From Myxococcota bacterium (lineage in GTDB: Bacteria; Myxococcota_A; UBA9160; SMWR01): 64,000 nucleotides of DNA. The position numbers and the translations under genes are program-made. The notes under the pieces were generated by a model. That model saw nothing but the letters and a program-made list of their open reading frames with translations, made no database searches and had not been told where the DNA came from. Shown piece by piece: positions 28,676-37,618 of the stretch (position 1 is the first letter of the stretch; each line of letters starts with the position of its first letter). The stretch spans positions 13,982 to 77,981 of the forward strand of contig DATBRV010000141.1 in NCBI GenBank assembly GCA_036560145.1, read 5' to 3'.

Positions 28676-29029
28676 ATGCCGGAGATCTGGCTGGTCGGCG
28701 CGCTGGTGCTGGTGCTCGCGGTGGGCGGGCTCGCGGCGCAGCTGCTCTCGTGGACCGCGGTGCTCGAGCTGGGCGTCCTCGCGGTCGCGCTGGGCCTCGG
28801 GCTCGGGATCCCGACCAGCCTCGTCTATCACGCCAAGCTCGCGCGCACGCTCGCGGCGCGCGGCGAGCTCCCGAGCCGATGGTGGCTCTCGCCCACGCGC
28901 CTGCACTCGCGTCTGCGCGGCGCGGAACGGCGCGCGGTGCTGCGCTGGTTCTTCCTCGGCGGCGCCGGTTTCGTGCTCACGCTGGCCGGCTGCGCGGCGG
29001 CGCTGCTCGGCGCGCTGCTCGCGGAGTAG
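28676..29029 (+). CDS. small membrane protein (unknown)
   Basis: ATG 28676 (alternative ATG 28625) at the end of ORF 26057..29029. Three to four hydrophobic helices. Confidence 0.45.
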   Translation: MPEIWLVGALVLVLAVGGLAAQLLSWTAVLELGVLAVALGLGLGIPTSLVYHAKLARTLAARGELPSRWWLSPTRLHSRLRGAERRAVLRWFFLGGAGFVLTLAGCAAALLGALLAE

Positions 29030-29065
29030 CTCCCCGCCGCGCGCAGCGCGCCGAACGAGACCGGG

Positions 29066-29776
29066 TCAGTTGACGTTGCAGGCCCCCCGCGAGTCGCCAT
29101 GCGCCAGGTGTGCGGGCACCGCCGAGGCGTCGACGAAGATCGTGTTCCGGTTGCTCGGATTGCCGGGCGGGTAGTGACAGATCGCCACCAGCGTCGGGAG
29201 GATGAGCGGGCGCGAGACCTTGCGCTCGGCGATCCGCTCCACGTCGACCGAGACGTCGCCGGCGGTTCCGGCGGCCGTGTAGACGGCTTCGACGTGCAGG
29301 GCGCTCCTGCTCTCGATCACGAGGAAACCCTGAACGAGATCCGTGGCGGGCGGCGGGTTCGGGAAGACGAACTCGTTTCGGATCTCTTCACAGTCGACCT
29401 GCAGCCCGGTTCCGGGGCTGACGATGTCCTCGATCTGATCCGAAACTTCGCCGCTCGCCTGCTCTTCGGGCGGGTAGGTGAGGGCCACGTTCTTGCGGAG
29501 CGTGACGTCGGCGCTGTTGAAGTTGTAGAGGCTCACCGCGGTGGCGAACACGCCCGGAACGACCCGCAGGGCTTCGCCCGAGTTCACGCCGCAGGTGAAC
29601 TTGACCACGTACTGGAACCATTCGATCAGCCTGGGCTGCGACCAGCTGTTCGAGGATTCCGACCAGCTGTTCGAGGACTCCGACTTGGACTTGGCCAGGG
29701 CGGGGGGCGAAGCGAAGATCGCCGCGGCGACGAACAGCAGTGCAACGGTGGAGAGCCTGCGAGCAAGAGTCGTCAT
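29066..29776 (-). CDS. secreted protein of unknown function with C-terminal CH-PPGNP...HLAHGD...C motif
   Basis: ATG 29776 inside ORF 29066..30154. Signal peptide ...PPALA, then duplicated SESSNSW. C-terminus ICHYPPGNPSNRNTIFVDASAVPAHLAHGDSRGAC. Confidence 0.55.
   Translation of the reverse strand: MTTLARRLSTVALLFVAAAIFASPPALAKSKSESSNSWSESSNSWSQPRLIEWFQYVVKFTCGVNSGEALRVVPGVFATAVSLYNFNSADVTLRKNVALTYPPEEQASGEVSDQIEDIVSPGTGLQVDCEEIRNEFVFPNPPPATDLVQGFLVIESRSALHVEAVYTAAGTAGDVSVDVERIAERKVSRPLILPTLVAICHYPPGNPSNRNTIFVDASAVPAHLAHGDSRGACNVN
29640..29681 (-). repeat. 21-bp tandem duplication (2 copies, 1 mismatch) inside the CDS
   Basis: gaccagctgttcgaggattcc / gaccagctgttcgaggactcc, encoding SESSNSW twice. 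Followed by a gacttg-gacttg microrepeat (KSKS). Confidence 0.92.
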
Positions 29777-29841
29777 GGGGGGTCCTTTTCTTGGCGCAGC
29801 CCGGGCTTGCGCCGCTTCTCCCCCCCAGGTGCAGGGCCACT

Positions 29842-30288
29842 CTACCACACCCGTCGGGGGAGTGGAACCCAGCGCGGAACCGACGCGAGATACCGTTGGT
29901 AGGCGGCTCCGAAGTTCCTCGTGAGTGTCGGCTCTTCGTAGAAGACCACGAAGCTGTGAAATGCCAGGAAGAGCAACGCGGCATAGAGCAGTGTCCCCGG
30001 CGATGCGAAGAAGATCGCCTGCGCGGCGATCAGGCTGAGCACGCCGACGTACATGGGATTGCGGCAAACGCGGTAGAGGCCGCGCGCGACCAGCTCCCTG
30101 GGCGGATCGATCGGCGCCGGCGTCCCCGCGGCCCGCGCGAAGTCGAGCGCGCACCAGAGATAGACGGCGAGACCGACGGCAGCCAACACGAGGGAGAGGG
30201 CTTGCAGCAGGGGGCCGGCGGGCGAGGCGCCCAGCGCGCTTCGAATCCAGTGCGGCACCAGGCCGACGACCGTGCCCGGAACGAGCAC
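29842..30288 (-). CDS. isoprenylcysteine carboxyl methyltransferase (ICMT/PEMT) family membrane protein
   Basis: ORF 29842..30288. RNPMYVG motif and 4 TM helices. The first codon is GTG with no RBS, and the conserved-looking N-terminal residues (NLVYAKTLLFT) lie upstream with no ATG/GTG/TTG. The 5' end is therefore uncertain. Confidence 0.7.
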   Translation of the reverse strand: MLVPGTVVGLVPHWIRSALGASPAGPLLQALSLVLAAVGLAVYLWCALDFARAAGTPAPIDPPRELVARGLYRVCRNPMYVGVLSLIAAQAIFFASPGTLLYAALLFLAFHSFVVFYEEPTLTRNFGAAYQRYLASVPRWVPLPRRVW

Positions 30289-30324
30289 CGTGAAGAGCAG
30301 GGTCTTGGCGTAGACCAGGTTCGA

Positions 30325-30366
30325 TGACCTCCGCTCGGCTGCGCCTCGCTGCGCGCTCCGCTTGCT
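30325..30366 (+). repeat. intergenic repeat copy A (short form)
   Basis: tgacctccgctcggctgcgcctcgctgcgcgctccgcttgct, between the SDR stop and the ICMT 5' end. Confidence 0.75.
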
Positions 30367-31285
30367 ATGCCGGCGGCACCGTGAAGCCGTCCTTCACCGG
30401 CTCGAGCTTCTCGAAGTGCGGCGCCAGCTGCTGGTGCAGGCTCGCGACGGTCCAGCGCTCGGGGCTGTGGAACTTGGTGTCGGTGCTCGGCCGCCCGAGC
30501 ACGGTGACGTCCTTGTTCCAGACGATCAGCACGTGTCCCGAGATGCGCTGCGCCTCCGGCGAGGCCAGATAGCCGACCAGCGGCGCCACGTTCTCCGGCG
30601 CGAACACGTCGAAGCCGCCCTCCGGCTTCGCGAACATCGCCTTGAGCGGGCCTTCCTCGTTCATGCGCGTGCGCGCGCGCGGCATCACCGCGTTGGCCGT
30701 CACGCCGTACTTGAGCAGCGCCTGCGCGGCCGACATGGTCATGGCCACGATGCCGGCCTTCGCCGCCGCGTAGTTGGGCTGCCCCACCGAGCCGAAGATG
30801 AACGCCTCCGAGCTGGTGTTGATCAGGCGTCCGTAGAGCGTCCCCCCGCTCGCCTTGGCCTTGTCGCGCCAGTAGGCGGTGGCGAAGCGCATGCCACAGA
30901 AGTGCCCCTTCAGGTGGACGCGGATCACGGCGTCAAAATCGTCTTCGCTCATGTTGAAGATGGTCGAGTCGCGCAGGAAGCCGGCGTTGTTGACCAGGAT
31001 GTGGAGGTCGCCCCAGGTGTCGAGCGCGGTCTTGATCATCGCCTGCGAGTCGTTCCAATCGGCGACGTCGCCGAAGTGCGGGACCGCCTCGCCGCCCGCC
31101 TTGCGGATCTCCTCCACCACCGCGCGCCCGGCCGACTCGTCGCGGCCGCGGCCGTCGCCGCGCGTCCCGAGGTCGTTCACGACCACGCGCGCCCCCTGGC
31201 TCGCGAGCTGGAGCGCCTCCACGCGGCCGAGCCCGTGCGCCGCTCCCGTGACGATCGCGACCTTTCCCTCGAGATTTCCCTGCAT
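30365..31285 (-). CDS. SDR oxidoreductase, MFE-2/Hsd4A-like (3R)-hydroxyacyl-CoA dehydrogenase type
   Basis: ORF 30365..31285. TGAAHGLG, NNAG, YAAAK. The ~300-aa architecture and N-terminus resemble mycobacterial Hsd4A / the peroxisomal MFE-2 dehydrogenase domain (from memory). Confidence 0.85.
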   Translation of the reverse strand: MQGNLEGKVAIVTGAAHGLGRVEALQLASQGARVVVNDLGTRGDGRGRDESAGRAVVEEIRKAGGEAVPHFGDVADWNDSQAMIKTALDTWGDLHILVNNAGFLRDSTIFNMSEDDFDAVIRVHLKGHFCGMRFATAYWRDKAKASGGTLYGRLINTSSEAFIFGSVGQPNYAAAKAGIVAMTMSAAQALLKYGVTANAVMPRARTRMNEEGPLKAMFAKPEGGFDVFAPENVAPLVGYLASPEAQRISGHVLIVWNKDVTVLGRPSTDTKFHSPERWTVASLHQQLAPHFEKLEPVKDGFTVPPA

Positions 31286-31301
31286 GCTGGCTTCCCCCGT
31301 C

Positions 31302-33678
<2,377 letters not shown>

Positions 33679-33704
33679 GCTCGTGCTCCGGAATGGCTGC
33701 TGCG

Positions 33705-34118
33705 TCAGCCGGGAAGGGTCAGCGTGACCGCCGCCGTGACGTGGTTGCCCCAGGCGTTCTTGCCCACCACCTCGACCACCACGTCATGTTCGTCTTTCGC
33801 CTGCACCTTGCCCGTCATTACCATCACGTCGCCGGGCAGGTTCGGCGCGCCGAGCTTGAGTGAGAGCTTGCGGATCCTCGCGTCGGGTCCCGCCCAGTCC
33901 GTGACGAAGCGCGAGACCCAGCCTTCGGTGGTCAGGATGTTCATGAAGACGTCCTGCATCCCCGCCGCTTGCGCCGCCGCCTTGTCGTGGTGCACGCGGG
34001 TGAAGTCGCGCGAGGCGACGGCGCCCGCGACGATCAGGCTGCTGGTGAGCGGCACGCGCAGCTCGGGCAGCGGATCGCCGACCTGGATCTTCGCGAGCGA
34101 GGGCGAGCTCGAGGTCAT
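33705..34118 (-). CDS. MaoC-like (R)-hydratase hot-dog subunit (ChsH1-like)
   Basis: ATG 34118 forms an ATGA overlap with the upstream ACAD stop, inside ORF 33705..35030. 137 aa, with SRDFTRVHHD...FMNILT hot-dog motifs. Confidence 0.8.
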   Translation of the reverse strand: MTSSSPSLAKIQVGDPLPELRVPLTSSLIVAGAVASRDFTRVHHDKAAAQAAGMQDVFMNILTTEGWVSRFVTDWAGPDARIRKLSLKLGAPNLPGDVMVMTGKVQAKDEHDVVVEVVGKNAWGNHVTAAVTLTLPG

Positions 34119-35242
34119 CGCAGCTCCTGCGGCCCGGAGCGGGCCAGATCGCGGCCGAGGCGCACCAGCTGCGGCGAGGCGCCGCCATGCTCGAGCTCGA
34201 GCGCCTTCGACCACAGGAAGTGCCGGTGCACGGGGTAATCGAGATCGACGCCCATGCCGCCGTGCAGATGCTGGGTCGCCGTCGCGATCCGCGCGCCCGC
34301 GTCGGCCGCCCAGAATTTTGCAACCAGCGCCTCGCGGTGCGCGTCCTCGCCGCTGGCGAGCTTCCAGGCCGCGCGCCAGGTGGTCCAGCGCAGCGCCTCG
34401 AGGTCGATCCAGGCGTCGGCGCAGCGGTGCTGCACGGCGGTGAAGGAGCCGATCGGCGCGCCGAACTGCACGCGCTGCTTCACATAGCTCGCGGTGATCT
34501 CGAGCGCCCGCTCGGAGACGCCCACCTGGAGGGCGGCGATCGCGACCAGGGCCACGTCGTCCAGCCAGCGCAGCAGCTCGCCGGCGTCGAAGCCCTCGCC
34601 GCCGAGCACGTCCTGAGCCGCCGCGGACGCCAAAGACAGGTTGAAGCTCGGACGGCGTCCCGACCCCAGCCGCCTCTCGATCCGGACGCCCGGCGCGTGC
34701 GGATCGACCAGGAAGACGCGCGGGCCGGCGTCGGTGGCGGCCGGCACCAGCACCAGCTGCGCGGCGTCCGCCACCGGGACGTCGAGCTTCTCGCCGTCGA
34801 GCCGGAAGCCAGCGCCCTCGCGGCGTGCGCGCGTGGCGGGCGCGGCCGGATCGGCCGAGCCCGCGTCGACGAGCGCCGCGCTCAGGATCGCCTCGCCGCG
34901 CGCGAGCGCGGGAAGCCAGCGCTCGCGCTGCGCCGGCGTGCCGGCGCGCGCGAGCGGGAGCCCGGCGAGCGCGAGCGTCAGCGTCGGGACCGGCGCCACC
35001 GCGCGCCCGGTCTCCTGGAGCAGCGCGCACAGCTCGAGCAGCGTGAGCCCCATGCCGCCCAGGGCCTCGGGCACCGCGATGCCGGTTAAATTTGCCGCCG
35101 CGAGCTGCGACCAGAGCGCGGGCGAGTACGCCGCGCCCTCCGCTTCCAGCGCCTTCAGCAGCTCGGGCGTCGTCTCGCGGGCCAGGATCTCGCGCGCGAG
35201 ATCGCGGACCAGGACGTGCTCTTCGCCGAGGGTGAAATCCAT
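34115..35242 (-). CDS. acyl-CoA dehydrogenase family protein
   Basis: ORF 34115..35242; RBS AGAGGA. ACAD-like N-terminal, middle and C-terminal pattern (GGMGVDLDYPVHRHF). Confidence 0.85.
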   Translation of the reverse strand: MDFTLGEEHVLVRDLAREILARETTPELLKALEAEGAAYSPALWSQLAAANLTGIAVPEALGGMGLTLLELCALLQETGRAVAPVPTLTLALAGLPLARAGTPAQRERWLPALARGEAILSAALVDAGSADPAAPATRARREGAGFRLDGEKLDVPVADAAQLVLVPAATDAGPRVFLVDPHAPGVRIERRLGSGRRPSFNLSLASAAAQDVLGGEGFDAGELLRWLDDVALVAIAALQVGVSERALEITASYVKQRVQFGAPIGSFTAVQHRCADAWIDLEALRWTTWRAAWKLASGEDAHREALVAKFWAADAGARIATATQHLHGGMGVDLDYPVHRHFLWSKALELEHGGASPQLVRLGRDLARSGPQELR

Positions 35243-35252
35243 CAGTCCTCTT

Positions 35253-36215
35253 TCAGGCCGCGGGCCGGAAGAGCGGCAGCTTCAGATCTTCGTCCACGTT
35301 CTCGATCGAAAGCTTCACCTTCATCCCGATGTAGACGTCCTCGGGCTTGCAGCCGACCACGTTCGAGACGATCCGGGTGCCCTCCTCGAGATCGATCACC
35401 GCGATCGGCAGCGGGTAGTCGTAGCCGGGGATCGGCGGGTGTCGCATCACCACGTAGCTGTACACGGTGCCGCGTCCCTTGGACGGGATCCCGCTCCAAA
35501 CCGTCGACTGGCAGGCCGGGCACATCGGGCGCGGCGGGTGCCGCAGCGCGCCGCATTCGCTGCACTTCTGGATCAGCAACTCGCCGCGGTCGACGGCCTC
35601 CCACCACCAGCCGTTGTCGTGCGCGCGGGGGGCGCGCAGCCGCCGCGGCTTGGGCGGCGCCCCGCCCGCGGCGGCGACAGGCTGGGCCTGCTGCGCGGGC
35701 TTGAACTTCAGCACCCGGAAGCTGATCGAGCCGAGCGGCGCGTTTTCCTGGTCGCGGAAGTCCGTGCGCGTCTCGATGAAGTAGCCGGTGCCGAGGCCGG
35801 TTGCCTTCTCGTCCGAGATCGACGCGATCGTGGTGACGGCCGCGACGCGGTCGCCCGGGCGCAGGTAGCGGAGGTACTCCTGCTCGGTGTTGGTGGCGAC
35901 CACGCCCGTGTAACCGTGTTCGGAGAGCAGCTTGTGCAGCTCCTGCTGCTTGTTCCTGGGGCCGGCGCTGGTGTCGGCCATCTCGAGGCCGCCCAGGATC
36001 CAGGCCTGGAGCATCACGGGCGGCGCCACGATGCCGCCGTGCACGGTCCGTTTGGCGGCCTCGGCGTCGAGGTAGGCGGGGTTGCGATCGCCCATCGCCT
36101 CGCACCAATGGCGGATCATCGCCTCGTTCACGGCGTCCTGCGCAATCTCGACGGGGCCCTGCACGATCCCGACGTAGGCCGCGAGCTGCTTCTCGAGCTC
36201 TTCTTTTGCGCTCAT
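35253..36215 (-). CDS. MaoC_N hot-dog fused to a DUF35 OB-fold/zinc-ribbon domain (ChsH2-like)
   Basis: ORF 35253..36215. N-terminal half is hot-dog-like. C-terminal half has a Zn-ribbon CSECGALRHPPRPMCPACQS followed by an OB-fold-like tail. Confidence 0.8.
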   Translation of the reverse strand: MSAKEELEKQLAAYVGIVQGPVEIAQDAVNEAMIRHWCEAMGDRNPAYLDAEAAKRTVHGGIVAPPVMLQAWILGGLEMADTSAGPRNKQQELHKLLSEHGYTGVVATNTEQEYLRYLRPGDRVAAVTTIASISDEKATGLGTGYFIETRTDFRDQENAPLGSISFRVLKFKPAQQAQPVAAAGGAPPKPRRLRAPRAHDNGWWWEAVDRGELLIQKCSECGALRHPPRPMCPACQSTVWSGIPSKGRGTVYSYVVMRHPPIPGYDYPLPIAVIDLEEGTRIVSNVVGCKPEDVYIGMKVKLSIENVDEDLKLPLFRPAA

Positions 36216-36229
36216 TCCAGCCTCACGAA

Positions 36230-37411
36230 CTAGCGCCTGGCCCGCGGCAGGCCCAGGCCGGCGACGGCGATGATGTCACGCTGCACCTCGTTCACACCGC
36301 CCCCGAAGGTCATGGTGGTGGCGCTGCGGTAGGCGTTCTCGAGGATGCCGCCGAAGAGGGCGCCCGGCTCGCCGAGCAGCGTGAGGCCGCCCGACTGCAC
36401 GATCTCGAGCAGCAGCCGGTAGATCTCGATGCACGTCTCGGTGCCAAAGACCTTGACGCCCGACGCCTCGGCCATGTTGGGCACGCCCGCCGTGATCGAC
36501 CAGGCCGAGCGCCAGTTGAGCACCTTGAGCGCCTCGAGCTTGGCAAAGGCGCGCGCGAGGTTCATCTGCACCCAGGGCTGGTCGAGCATGCGGCCGCCCT
36601 CGGGCGAGGGCGTCTTCGCCGCCCAGTCCCAGACGGCGTCGAACATGGAATCGGCCGAGCCGGGCGCGGCCAGCGTGATGCGCTCGTGGTTGAGCTGCGA
36701 GGTGATCAGCGTCCAGCCCAGGTTCTCGGGCCCGACCCGATTGCTGACGGGGACACGCACGCCCGCGTAATAGGTGACGTTGGTGCGCTCGCCGCCGAGC
36801 GTGCGGATCGGCGTGAACGAGAAGCCCTTCGCGCTGGTCGGCACCAGGATGATCGAGATGCCCTTGTGCTTGGGCGCGTCGGGATCCGTGCGCGCGGCCA
36901 GCCAGATGTAGTCGGCGTCGTGGGCGTGGGTGGTGTAGCTCTTCTGCCCGTCGATCACGTACTCGTCGCCGTCGCGCACGGCGCGCGTGCTGAGCGAGGC
37001 GAGATCGGTGCCCGCGCCGGGCTCCGTGTAGCCCACTCCAAATATGAGTTCGCCCTTCACGATCCCCGGCAGCAGCTCCGCCTTCTGCTCCGGCGTTCCG
37101 AACTGCATCAGCGTCGGCCCGATCGTGTTGACGGCGATGATCGGGAGCGGCGCGCGCGCCCGGTAGGTCTCGTCCCAGAAGATGAACTGCTCGAGCGGCG
37201 TGCGGCCCTGGCCGCCGTACTCGCGGGGCCAGCCGATCCCCAGCCAGCCGTCCTTGCCCATCCGCCCGACCACCTCGCGGAAGACGGGGCCTCCCATCTC
37301 TTCCCACTCGGCATCGAGGGCCGCCCGCAGCTCGGGCGTGAAGAGGGCCCGGTAATAGGCGCGGATCTCCTGGCGGAGGCGCTGCTGCTCGGGCGTGAAC
37401 TCGAGGTGCAT
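36230..37411 (-). CDS. acyl-CoA dehydrogenase
   Basis: ATG 37411 (MHLEFTPEQQ) inside ORF 36230..37690. YTEPGAGTDL, GQKSYTT, C-terminal GGGVNEVQRDII. Confidence 0.9.
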   Translation of the reverse strand: MHLEFTPEQQRLRQEIRAYYRALFTPELRAALDAEWEEMGGPVFREVVGRMGKDGWLGIGWPREYGGQGRTPLEQFIFWDETYRARAPLPIIAVNTIGPTLMQFGTPEQKAELLPGIVKGELIFGVGYTEPGAGTDLASLSTRAVRDGDEYVIDGQKSYTTHAHDADYIWLAARTDPDAPKHKGISIILVPTSAKGFSFTPIRTLGGERTNVTYYAGVRVPVSNRVGPENLGWTLITSQLNHERITLAAPGSADSMFDAVWDWAAKTPSPEGGRMLDQPWVQMNLARAFAKLEALKVLNWRSAWSITAGVPNMAEASGVKVFGTETCIEIYRLLLEIVQSGGLTLLGEPGALFGGILENAYRSATTMTFGGGVNEVQRDIIAVAGLGLPRARR

Positions 37412-37485
37412 CCGGGCCTCGGCGCCCGCACGGCGCGGGTCGCCGCCGGGGGGCGGCCCCGGGACCGGGGGGCGAGCGGGCAATG

Positions 37486-37499
37486 TAGAACATGTTCCA
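37486..37499. promoter_or_regulatory. KstR-type (TetR-family) operator-like palindrome TAGAACATGTTCCA
   Basis: Fits TnnAACnnGTTnnA exactly, with a perfect 10-bp palindromic core GAACATGTTC. Lies 75 nt upstream of the ACAD operon start in the 207-bp divergent intergenic region. Confidence 0.5.
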
Positions 37500-37618
37500 C
37501 GGGGGCGCACAGCCCGGCCAAGGCCGCCGGAGCGACACAGTTCTGCCACGCGGACCCGGCTGGTGGCCACTTCCTCGTGAAGCCCATCGACCCGGGGGGG
37601 GCAACGGGAAGGCCTCGG

